Below are positions 38,786 to 52,249 of a DNA stretch of 64,000 nucleotides, piece after piece. Source of the DNA: Eledone cirrhosa (Eukaryota); NCBI GenBank assembly GCA_964016885.1, contig OZ024755.1, positions 1,302,001 through 1,366,000 of the forward strand, given 5' to 3'. Position numbers and translations under genes: made by a program. Position 1 is the first letter of the stretch; each line of letters begins with the position of its first letter. The notes beneath the pieces were generated by a model that was not told the DNA's origin, did not search any database, and worked only from the letters and a program-made list of their open reading frames with translations.

Positions 38786-41700
38786 ATGTATGTATGTATA
38801 TTTATGTATGTATGTATATTTATATATATTTAGTTTAGAGAATATAAACATGTCTATTCTTCATCAATATTATCCTCATCACCACCACCACTCCCATCAT
38901 TTTTCTCCACTGAACCCCTATAAATCAGATAGTGAAGGCAGATAAGTGAAGGCTTAGTGGTTAGAGCATTGGGCTTGCAATCGAAAGAGTGTGAGTTCAA
39001 TTCTCGGACCGGGTGATGTGTTGTTTCCTTGAGCAAGATACTTTATTTCACGTTGCTCCAGTTTACTCAGCTGTAGAAATGAGATGATAGGACTGGGGTC
39101 CCTATCATTAAATCACCCAAGACACCTCCAACGAGATATACCTTGGAGGAGGCCAGCTAAACCTGCATAGGTGTGATCTATCACACAGACACACAAGTTC
39201 AGCTATAATATATTCATAATGACAAACAAAACGAAGGTTTAGTTGACATTATATATTTTCTACCAACAGGAGACGATGTGGAAATGGTGGTCTTGTGAAC
39301 CATGTATACATTTAAAACAATTGGAACCAGGAAAGATTCTTCTCACTTGGAACAAACTAAGTAAACAATATATTGAACTGGTCAGTGGATATAAAGTAAG
39401 TATTATAGAGGACAGGTAAATAACAAATTAAAGTATGTATTATACAGGACAGGTAAATAACAAGTTAAAGTAAGTATTATAGAGGACAGGTAAATAACAA
39501 GTTAAAGTAAGTATTATACAGGACAGGTAAATAACAAGTTAAAGTAAGTATTATACAGGACAGGTAAATAACAGGAAACACACTAACATCTTTGTTGCCT
39601 TCCGTCCATTTCGTATTGTCGCCTTCATATAACAAACCTCTTTAACCCTTTAGCATTTACATTACTCTATAAATACAGTTGTATTTTCATGGAAAACACT
39701 TTATTTCACACAATTATCTCACATAATATCGAATCTGCTATTTCTTAATATTATTTATTTTAAGAACAATACTTTAACATAAGCATGAGCAGCCAGTTAT
39801 AGCTGGTTTGAACAGAAAGAGGTGAGAGAATTCTGGCTGGATATGGCCTGTTTAAACGCTAAAGGGTTAAGTATTGTAACTTTGTGTCTTTTATTTATTT
39901 CTTTAGGAATTATTGTATATATTTGTGTGTAAGTCACACTAGTAAATAGGTCACTTCTATTATATGTAGGTGTATATATTAGTATGTAAGTCACACTAGT
40001 AAATAGGTCACTTCTATTATATGTAGGTGTATATATTAGTATGTAAGTCACACTAGTAGATAAGTCACTTCTATTATATGTAGGTGTATATATTAGTATG
40101 TAAGTCACACTAGTAAAGTCACTTCTATTATATGTAGGTGTATATATTAGTATGTAAGTCACACTAGTAGATAAGTCACTTCTATTATATGTAGGTGTAT
40201 ATATTAGTATGTAAGTCACACTAGTAGATAAGTCACTTCTATTATATGTAGGTGTATATATTAGTATGTAAGTCACACTAGTAGATAAGTCACTTCTATT
40301 ATATGTAGGTGTATATATTAGTATGTAAGTCACACTAGTAAATCTCGCTTCTATTTTACGTACAACAAGGAGTTGTGGAGTGAAGATGATAAGACAAAAT
40401 GGAGACGATTTATCATTGGACCCACAAGACTAACTCTTGTTTCGGCAGAAGGAAAATAGTCTTAAATGTTTGTTGTTTAATCTGGGAATGAAACATTTCA
40501 ATAAAAACGATTATATAGAATCACAAAATATAATGTATTAGTTTGTTAGAGAGAACAATTTAAATATGGTGTAGTGGAAGTGAAGTCTCTAGCAGGTTTC
40601 AACATGTTAAATGTTATAAACATGAGCTGCTTTGCTGGATTTTGACAGAACTTTAAACTATGTTATCAACAAACACTAGACTATATAATAAATCTATGAG
40701 AGTTGGCTGAAAAGTTCTTAGACTGACCAAGATACTCTCATGGAATGACTAAATGAGGTTTATTTTTCAGTATAGTTCCTAGAAGAAAAGAATGCAGTTA
40801 TTAATAAGAGTAGAAAGTGATATATGTAAGGAGGCTAAAACAATAAATGGCCGATAAGAAGAAGGTAACGGAAAAATTAGTTTCATGGTAATCTTTTTTT
40901 TTTTTCATCCTAATATTTCGGGTCTTAAAATTCCCATCGTCAGAGTATAAGGAATTCTCAGTGCAAAACATTCCGGTCTATTCACTTTGAAATTAGATTT
41001 AAATTTAATCTAATTTATATTTTTATCTAAAGACATTTTTTCCAATTCCAACCCGCCCGTCCCCTCAATCTATCTTATTTCTCATTCTTTCTTCTGATGA
41101 AGGACTAGCGTCCGAAACGTTAAGACCCTCTTCCTGCTATATCAAGCGTTAACTGTACCAATTGTGTTGTTATTTCTGTTTACCTTTTATATATATATAC
41201 ACACACATATATATATATATATATAATTAAAAATTGTAGAAATTGTTGGATATTAATTTTCCAAATATTTCTTATTTGCAATAATAATCTGAATGTTTTA
41301 ATTAATATTTCCAGTTAATTATCAACAATGTGAACTATAGCAACACTATTTCAACCAACACCTATTCTTTACAAGTGAAAGGTTTGGCTGCGGGACAACA
41401 ATATTCCATCCATTTAAAGGTTATTCCAAACTGTTTTGACGCCAAACCAATCCAGTCAAACACTATAGTAGGTTTTAATTCTTATTTTTCTTCCTTTCCT
41501 TGTCCTCTTCTTTCTACCACCGCTGTTACTGGTTCTTTAGTTTTGCTGGGGACATGACAGTCTCTCTAGTGCCGGTGCTGAGATATAACTAGAGTATGGT
41601 AGGTGCCATAGGCTTCACTTGAAGGGATATTAGGGTGCCTCTTGAACTAGGAACACTTTCTTTTAAAGTATGATAAGCTATATTGTCGGAGAGTGGAAAA

Positions 41701-44700
41701 AGAAAGAAACTTCTTCAGATGTATGATATGTCTTTGATTACCATGGGGTCCCCTATAATTTGATATCTTTCTCATTACCAGATATACAATTGTCCATCTT
41801 CTACATCTGATAAAGGGCCATTAATCTCACTGGAGCTCAGTAACACTGACAACAGCCTAGCTATTCGATGGGCCCCAATCAAAGACCAAGAAATTGCATA
41901 TTATCACGTTTATCAGAATAATGTGGGATGTGTATCAAAGGTAAGGTTCATAATATTGATAATTCATACATAAACCCTTCACCATGTGTGTGGTCCCTAA
42001 ACTTTACATCTAAACCCTTGCCATATGTGTGGTCCCTAAACTTTACATCTAAACCCTTTGCCATGTGTGTGGTCCCTAAACTTTACACCTAAACCCCTTG
42101 CCATATGTGTGGTCCCTAAACTTTACTCACATGATGATGATATTTAAGTAATAATCTTCTGTTTCTAGATCCCCCATATAAATGACAATAAACCATTGAC
42201 TGTAGTTCTGAAACAAAGTGAATCCAATGTCCTCTCCAGTATTTATGTTGAAGCTATTCCGAAAAGTAAGTTGAATAAAAAACAAAGACCTTCATTTTAT
42301 TTTTCTTATAACCTTCTAAATAAAATGTCTCTATATATTTATTGCAGAATACTTCAGTATAATATTGTGTAAGGCAGTAAATTGTCAGAGTTGTTAGAAC
42401 ATCAGATAAAATACTTTGTGGTATTTGTTCAAGTTCTCTGATCTCTGAGTTCAAATCTTGCCACGGTCAACTTTGTTTTTCATCCATTTGAGGTTCATAA
42501 AAAGGTATCAGTTTAGTATTGGAGTCGATTCTTCCTCTATATCTCTTTCTCACTCTTTATCCTTCTCTTGAAGACTTCTGCTGTATTAAAACCTGGGGAG
42601 GTGATGGATTCCACCAGGTTTAAAAGTTGCCCTAAAATACCCTATGCCACTATGGTGCCTCTACAACTCCCTCAGGAGTGACAGGACAATACCATAATAC
42701 TGTGTACCCACTCTGGCTTCACTTCAGCAACAGTTAATGATGATTGATTAATGGTGATTGATGATAGATGATGATTGATATAATTTATATAACTAAGACC
42801 ATATAGTGAAGACACATGGCTTACTGGTTAGAAAATTGGATTCACAATTGTGAGGTTGCGAGTTTGATTCCCAGACCAGGCAATGTGTTATGTCCTTGAG
42901 CAAGACATTTTATTTCACGTTGCTCTTTCTGCCAAGAGTTATGACCAGTAGATAGTATTAGCAATTGGAGAGACCAACGGAAGTATTGTTTCCTTGGTCT
43001 GATGCAACTAATTCTCACAGAAATCCTTAACAAACCCTTCCATCTATATAGCTAATTCTCATTGGACTCCTTAACAAACCCTTCCATCTATATAGCTGAT
43101 TCTCACAGAACCCCTTAACAAACCCTTTCATCTATACAACTGATTCTCATTAAACCTATTATTGTTGCTATTTCCAGTAAGACAGTGTGGAGATTTAGGT
43201 AAGTGGTTGGCACCGTAGACAATTGCACTAACAATAGATATTTTCTTCTTACTTTATTTTAATATCTTTTTTATGGATAAAAAAATATTTTTCTGGTTTC
43301 CATTAACTCTTGTGTAACCATATTCCTAATGAAAATCACTGTCTATGATTTTTAAATCATTTTGAAAATAATCGAGAATTTGGAGGGATTTAATAATATA
43401 ACTACCCACAAAATAGATTGTTTCAAATACCTTGGTATATACACTAACTAGTCCTTGGTATATACACTAACTAGTCCTTGATATATACACTAACTAGTCC
43501 TTGGTATATACACTAACTAGTCCTTGATATATACACTAACTGGTCCTTGGTATATACAGTAACTGGTCCTTGGTATATACACTAACTAGTCCTTGGTATA
43601 TACACTAACTGGTTATTGGTATATACACTAACTGGTCAAATGATGTAATCAACAAGATAGCACAAACATGGTCTGTCGTGATCTCATTAGATAAAGTTTG
43701 GAGAGATTCTTCAAAGGTAGAGTGGAATCAATCTTACTGTATTCCTGTGAATCATGGTCTGTGATAATACCTATCAGCAAAGTTTTAGATGGCTGCTACA
43801 CATAAATGCTAAGAAGGATAAAAAAAAACCTTCAACCCTCTACATCAACCTCCCACCCATTAGCCATACCATATGTGTCAGGTATCTACAATTGGTTTAG
43901 TATCAAAAGGGTTAAAAGCTTATTTCTCTACTAACTACAAATTCTATTGGGAATTAACATTATCAAGGTTGATATTGTCAATTAATACAAATTGTGGTTT
44001 TCTGGTTCAATGTACATTAACCGATGCTTACCAAATATTAGATTTAATACTAATCCATGGACTAATACCTTCTTCTTACTGCATGAATAATTCCAATTTT
44101 AACTAACTCATCTTTCAAAGTTTTCACTCTGACCTGCTTTTAGCATTTTTAAGCATTGCATAAATATTTTGCTTTCTTCATTTCAGGGAAAATCTTGATT
44201 TATTTTAAACATTTGCTCACTACTTTAACTCTTTTGTTACGATATTTCTAATGAAAATACACTGCCTGGGATTTTGAAATTATTTTAATAGTAGTTAAGA
44301 ATTTTGTGGGATTTAGTAATATTACTAACTTTCTCATTATTAACTTGATGTCTGGAACATAACTTAAGGAAGGTTCTTACATAAAATTATGATGGAAGAT
44401 TTTTAGATGAGGACTCTCTGTTGTGTCAAAGATATGACAACCTCTCCTGTGCACTTGGTGGAACATGAGACCCTACATAAGCAAAGCAGATCCCTGGCCT
44501 GTCTGGAAGGTCGTCGGTAGACCCACTTCAGTCTGACTTGGTCTATGTAGACCCATCCAACCCTTGCTAGCAGAGAAAATAAATATTAAAACGATGATAA
44601 GTATATTAGTATAAACAGTCTTATATCATAGAATTAGGGTAGTTTCAAATGGTTTGGTATCGCAATGGGTAAGTATGTTAGCACTGATTTAATTAGTATA

Positions 44701-45577
44701 TAATAGTTTAGTATAATATATAGTATCTAAGGTGTATGGCTTAGTGGTTAGAGCATCAGATTCACAATTGTAAGGTTGTGAGTTCAATTCTCAGGCAATG
44801 TGTTGTGTCCTTGAGCAAGACACTTTATCTCATGCTGCTCCAATTCTCTCAGCTGTATCAGCCTTTGTCTTAATATTGGTGGCATACAGAGGGGAGACAG
44901 GTAGACATGGGTGACTGCTGGTCTTCTACAAACACACCTTGTCCATTGAACAACATCGGTGACCAAGCCCTCATCAACTTCTTCAAAAACCTTGCCTTTG
45001 AGAGTATTTCATCATCATCATCGTCGTCACTATCATATTACCACCACCATCATATTACCACCACCACTACCACCACCACACTACCACCACCACACTACAC
45101 CACCACCACCATCACCACTACCACCACCATCACCACTACCACCACCACACTACACCACCACCACCACCACCATCACCACTACCACCACCACCCTACACCA
45201 CCACTACCACCACCACCCTACACCACCACCACTACCACTACCACCACACTACACCACTACCACCTACACCACCACTACCACCACCACACTACACCACCAC
45301 CACCACCTTTATGTCAACACATCTTTTTATTCATCTCCAGATGAATCTGTCCTCCCAATCCAGTCCAATGTCCTTGATATCAAGATGTCCGATGTATTAC
45401 AATATTTAGAAAATCTCTCGACATTACAAAAGCTGTCTTCATGGGAGCCATTCCTCGAATATATTACTGTCAGAGAGAATTCCATCAGAAGTAATTCTTC
45501 TCAGTCTTCAGGTCAGTTTCTACATTATTACTACTTGTTGTGCCTTAATCAGACCAGTTTATGTGAGTGTATATATG

Positions 45578-45610
<33 letters not shown>

Positions 45611-48600
45611 ATATGTGTGTATGTATGTGTGTGTGTGTGTGTGTGTGTGTGAGTGTGTATATGTATGTGTGTGTGTGTATGCATATGCGTGTGTATGTAT
45701 GTATTTGTAAGACTTCGCCAAGTGCTGCTATTAAGTTAGACATCGCCTGGGCCAATACTGGCCGAAACCTATCAAAGTTATGTGTGTGTGTATATATACA
45801 TGTATTTGTGTATATATATATATATATGTGTATATATAAATGTATATATATATATGTGTGTATATATAAGTGTATGTATGTATATATATATATGTGTGTG
45901 TGTGTATCTAGCATGGAAAAATGGACATTAAATGACGTTGATGTTGATACATGTGTATCCAGTTTATTCATATTTATATGTCTAACCCATGCTACCGTGC
46001 AAGATGGACGTTAAACGATGATGTGTAGATATTACTATTTAGTTTATAAATCTTCTCATTTGCCTTTAAAAACCAAATAACTCACATTGTGTCACTGATA
46101 TCACATTGTTTTTAATAATTGTTTCTACAGTGCATTACTGGTACTTTATTTTATCGACCCCGTAAGGATGAAAGGGAAAGTCAACCTCGGAATAATGTCT
46201 TTATAACACATTGTGTGTGTGTGTGTGTGACAGCTCACACCTATGTGTGTGTGTGTGTGTGTGTGACAGCTCACACCTATGTGTGTGTGTGTGTGTGTGA
46301 CAGCTCACACCTATGTGTGTGTGTGTGTGTGTGTGTGACAGCTCACACCTATGTGTGTGTGTGTGTGTGTGACAGCTCACACCTATGTGTGTGTGTGTGT
46401 GTGTGACAGCTCACACCTATGTGTGTGTGTGTGTGTGACAGCTCACACCTATGTGTGTGTGTGTGTGTGTGACAGCTCACACCTATGTGTGTGTGTGTGT
46501 GTGTGACAGCTCACACCTATGTGTGTGTGTGTGTGTGACAGCTCACACCTATGTGTGTGTGTGTGTGTGTGACAGCTCACACCTATGTGTGTGTGTGTGT
46601 GTGTGACAGCTCACACCTATGTGTGTGTGTGTGTGTGTGTGTGACAGCTCACACCTATGTGTGTGTCTGTGTGTGTGTGTGACAGCTCACACCTATGTGT
46701 GTGTGTGACAGCTCACACCTATGTGTGTGTGTGTGTGTGTGACAGCTCACACCTATGTGTGTGTGTGACAGCTCACACCTATGTATGTGTGTGTGTGTGA
46801 CAGCTCACACCTATGCAGGTTTAGCTGGCCTCCTCCAAGGTATATCTCGTTGGAGGTGTCTTGGGTGATTTAATGATAGGGACAGGTGTAGAAAAATAAC
46901 ACATTGTTTACTATTAAATCAATAAATCAACCTCATCAATGCCTTATTAATACATTGTTTACTTCAATATTTATTTTTAAATCAACAGTATCAACATCAT
47001 CATCATCATCTTCAGATAATGAAGGTGACACTCTGTCAACATCTGAAACTGAAAGTACTGATTCCTTTGATCAACTTTCAAATGATGTCATTTCTAACGA
47101 ACGGCTTCAACTTGACTTTGATCTAACTCAACACACACCTGAAACAACAAAGAATTTACTTGAACATGTACGTGTTCCTCAAGAAAGTACTCGGAGTGAA
47201 CTTGAAACCATAACATATGTAAAGGTATTGTTTCTTTAAACCACCTGATATTAGTCTAAGTTGTATATTTTGAAGTATTTATATTTATTGAAAATAAAAA
47301 CTTGATAAATGATGTTGATAGATGTTGATGCTACTACTAATATTACTTCTATTTTTTACTTTTCTTTTTTAAATGCTTCATCTATGAAGGGGGCTTCATC
47401 TGATACAGAGGCTTCCGCAGTTAAACAGACTTCTGCAGTTAAACAGACTTCTGCAGTTAAACAGACTTCTGCAGTTAAACAGACTTCTGCAGTTAAACAG
47501 ACTTCTGCAGTTCAACAGACTTCCGCAGTTAAACAGACTTCTGCAGTTAAACAGACTTCTGCAGTTCAACAGACTTCCGCAGTTAAACAGACTTCAGCTG
47601 TTAAAGAGGCTTCAGCTGTTAAAGAGGCTTCAGCTGTTAAAGAGGCTTCAGCTGTTAAAGAGGCTTCTGCAGTTAGAGAGATTTCCGCAGTTACAGAGGC
47701 TTCCACAGTTAAAGAGACTTCAGTTATTCAACAGAGTTCAGTTGTTCAACAGAGTTCAGTTGTTCAACAGAGTTCAGTTGTTCAACAGAGTTCAGTTGTT
47801 AAACAGACTTCAACTAAAGACGGCTCATCTGTCAAGATCTCAACTGTTAAAGAGAACTCAACTGTTGAAGACAGCTCAAATGATAAAGACAGCTCAACTG
47901 TTAAGATCTCAACAGATAAAGACAGCTCAACTGTTAAAGACAGCTCAAATGATAAAGACAGCTCAACTGTTAAGATCTCAACTGTTAAAGACAGCTCATC
48001 TGTTAAGATCTCAACTGTTAAAGACAGCTCAGCTGTTAAAGACAGCTCAAATGATAAAGACAGCTCAACTGTTCAGATCTCAACTGTTAAGATCTCAACT
48101 GATAAAGACAGCTCAGCTGTTAAAGACAGCTCAGCTGTTAAAGACAGCTCAACTGTTAAGATCTCAACTAATAAAGACAGCTCAACTGTTAAGATCTCAA
48201 CTGTTAAAGACAGCTCATCTGTTAAAGACAGCTCATCTGTTAAAGACAGCTCATCTGTTAAGGAGATCTCAACTGTTAAAGACAGCTCAACTGTTAAAGA
48301 GATCTCAACTATCGAATTACTGCTCCAAATTGATGATCACTACCAAGATAATGCAGTGGTGTTAAGGTGGGAAGAATCAACACCTCTTCAGTCCAAATAC
48401 CAACCAAAGATATTTACTGTCACAGTTTCAGGAACCAGTTTTCAAACAGACATTAACAGTAATTTGAGGTATTCTTAATTCTTCTTAATCACAACATATT
48501 GTTTTAACTTGTTTGTTTTTTAGCACTACCACTTTACAGAGTGTACTGGGTGTATTTTATTGTGTCACCAGCACTACCACTTTACAGAGTGTACTGGCAT

Positions 48601-51600
48601 AAAATACACCCAGTACACTCTGTAAAGTGTTAGGGCTGGTGCTACAATAATTGGAGTAAATATATCTTTAAACCAGGAACTGGAATGTGTATAAGTGAGT
48701 ACGTAGTTGAGCCAGGGATTAGTGTGTTAGTCAGTATGTCTGTGACCCAGGGGACGGACTAAACATGTCTTTGAGCCAGAGGTTAGTCTGTTAATGAGTA
48801 AGCATGTTAGGCAGGGTCAGAAGTGTGTTGGTAAACAATATTTTGTGTAACTTAATATTCTCAGTAAAAAAAAGGCAGACATTTTGAATCTATCTGCAAG
48901 ACAAGCCGAGACCACAAGGAAGACTTACCCTTAAGTTTTATTTATAGTTGTGACATGGAGAATAATTTACTTAACCCTTTAGCATTTACATTACCTTGGA
49001 TTTACTATTGTATTTTCATGGTAAAGGTTTTATCTCATATAATCTAAAATCTACCAGATTTCGATGATTTTATTCTTTATTTTGAGAATATCTTAATGCT
49101 GGTATGAGTGGCTGGTTATGGCCAGTTATAGTCAGTTATAGCCAGTTATAGGCAGTTATAGCCAGTTATAGCCAGTTACGGCCAGTTATAGCCAGTTACG
49201 GCCAGTTATAGCCAGTTATAGCCAGTTATAGTCAGTTATAGCCAGTTATAGCCAGTTAGGGCCAGTTATGACCAGTTTGAATAGAAAAAAGGGGGAGAGA
49301 ATTTTGGCCGGATATGACTGGTTTAAATGTTAAAGGGTTAAACTTACGTTAAACAAAACAAAAAAGATAACCTAATAACTGTTGTCAATATTAATCTTTA
49401 CTGAAATATTTTTCTGTTCCAGTTATGAATGTAATATAACTAGAGATGATACAACTATAAGAGGTACCCTCCATTGCTGGGATGTTACTAAAGAGAAAGC
49501 TTGCAGAATCACTGGATTGCATCCGGGATTAACTTATAAGTATGTTATACAATATTTCTTACATTTCCTAGATTTGATTTTTGATGATTTTTGTGGAGGA
49601 TGGGGTGGGGGTCTGGTTAATCATCATCATCATCATTTTTACATCAACTTTTCCATGCTTGCATGGGTTGGACAGGTCCTTCTCAGCACAGCATCTCTCC
49701 ACAAATCATGATCCTTTGTCATCACCTGTGTGGGTTTTAGTGATTTGAGATAGCCTTAACTAGAAATCAATATTTCGTTATATCCAACCCATACAAGCAT
49801 GGAACAACAGACGTAAAATTATGAAGATGATCTCAAATTCTGCTGAGGTCACTTTTGTCTTTCAGCTTTCTGAGGTTGACAAAATGAAGTACCATTGGGA
49901 AGGAGGCAACAAGATCTTGTCCATGTTATAAATCTATTTATTTCTTTATCTCACTGTTCAGTTTTTCAGTGAATGGAACATACACATGTGAGGATGAAAA
50001 TCTCAGTATAAAGTCTTCTGAGAAGGTCTACACCCTAAAAGGGCAACCAGGACCTCCTACTTTAACTTCCTTCAAGGTGTATTTATATAAGGTAATACTT
50101 TGTCAGTTGACACACTCGGTATACATTTTCATCTTATTTGTATAATACCCTGCAAGGTATAACTTGTCCTGTCTTTATCTCTTCCTCTTTTATTATGTCC
50201 CAATGTTCTCTGGTAAGAATAGTATCAACCTTAATTTACTGAAACTGTAGTGATTTCCAGAGGTTGACTGAAGAGATGAGACTGTTTGTCCTGTCTTTAT
50301 CTCTACCTGTTTTGTTATATAAACATTTTCCTCTTCATTCTTACCTCTTATGTCCCTCTTCTTTCTTGTCTCCCTAACACTGTTTCTTTTAAATCTTCAT
50401 CTCCTGTAGAAGATAAGATGAGAGAAAGGATGAAAGTTAATTTTGTTATTTACTGACGTACATTTCTATTTCTACTTCTCTAATTTGTTTGTGTTCTAGG
50501 TTTCATTCTGCCTTAAAGAACCAAAAGACCTTCACCCAGATCTAAAACTGTCTGGCTACAAAGTCTTTTATAATTCTCGCTGGAATGAAGAACTAATTGA
50601 TCCTGCTGCTAGAATTGAAAAGGAACTGAAACCAGGTATGATATCATTTATTTGGCAAAAGAGGAATTTTATCTTTTTACCTAACTCTGAAATAATGCGA
50701 TCTTGAATACCAGAGGCTGAAATGGGATTCCTCCAAAGGGTCTTTGGAGTAATGTTACTCAATAGGGAGTGTAGCTCAGAGATCAGAGTATCACTCCAGG
50801 TAGAGTCGCTACTTCTCTGAATTGAGAGATCACAGGTCAGATACGATGGTCATGTGGTTAGAATGTCTCAGGAAAGAATCTCTGCACAGATTTTACAGGC
50901 AAAACCAACCGGCAAGAGACCCAGGGGTAGACCACAAGCAAGATAGTCGGATAATATCCATGAGCTTGGATGATCTCGCTTGGGGATCCAGCCTGATCAG
51001 ATGGAGAAGATTGCTTCTGACAGGATCCACTGGAGGCAATGTTTGAGGACTCTGCCCCAAAGACCCTCTCTGGAATAAGTGGGTGAAGAAGAACCTTACT
51101 CCACTTCATTTTTAGAATCTTATATTTTTACAATGGTTGGCTGAAAAATTCATAGGCGACTATGGAGTGATGCTAGAGCTGTGAAATCTTGCATGCATTA
51201 ATTTCAACTCTTCTTACTAATAATTACATTGTTTCTCTCCAGGGACTATGTTGAAAAATAAACCTCATTTGGTCATTCCATGAGAGTATCTTGGTCAGCC
51301 TATGAACTTCTCAGCCGACTTCCATAATCATTTTCTATTTACTATATTTTGCTTGATTTAAGGTTCCACGATGACAATAACAGTCGTAGCGGTGCCAGAA
51401 CAAAATATTGAAGAAAGTAAACAGTGTCCCCCAGTTTATGTCTCATGTCCCGATTCTCCATTGGCACCAACTATAGAAGAACAGACATCCTTCAAGAAAG
51501 GTGTTACAGTTGGGTGGAGTAAACCACCTACATCCTCTGGTCAAGACATTTCAATGTACAGGTAAATATTCTTTAAATCACCTACATCATCAGATCAAGG

Positions 51601-52214
51601 TATTTACAGGTAAGTAATCTCTAGCTTTTCTATAATTTTGACAAACTAAAATTTTACCTGTATTAAATTTTTTTTTTTTTTTTTTTTTTTCATCAGATAT
51701 TCTGATATTATTTATTGTTATAAATCTCTGCAAATTCTTCGCTGAGTTCAGTGTATTTCATTAGAAATACAATCCTAAATATATTCTATTGCAATTTCTC
51801 ACCTGTTAAAACCAATTTAAATTCTGTTTCTCTATAGAATCTATTTAAATGACAAATTAAATGGAGAAATCCAAGCTAACAGCTATAGTGATAAGAATGG
51901 CTACCAATTTACTTTGACGGAACTGTCCACCTATGAAACCTACAAAATATATGTCAAGGTAACTTCAAATTAAGATTTATTTACTTTATAAATACATATA
52001 TATATAAGTGGAGGTGCCACGGCAAAAAAGCACCCAGCCCACACTGTAAAGTGGATGTTGGTGTTAGGAAGGGCATCCAGCTGTAGAAATCAAGTCAGAA
52101 TCAATTCCCGTATGAGCAGGACAAGGTCAGCCGACCGGACACTGCCCACAACAGGACAACCCGTCTAACCAATGCCACTGTGGAAGAACAGACGTAAAAC
52201 GGTGATGATGATGA

Positions 52215-52249
<35 letters not shown>

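Noticed and set aside
38950-39015. tRNA gene
   Set aside because: A and B boxes are present, but the sequence is the head of a multi-copy SINE without a proper cloverleaf.
46212-46815. Repeat-spacer (CRISPR-like) pattern
   Set aside because: The spacers are only (TG)n of variable length.
47742-48365. Alternative-frame 207-aa ORF
   Set aside because: Shadow frame of the coding repeat. Only the 47309 frame connects to the FN3 sequence and matches the splice phases.
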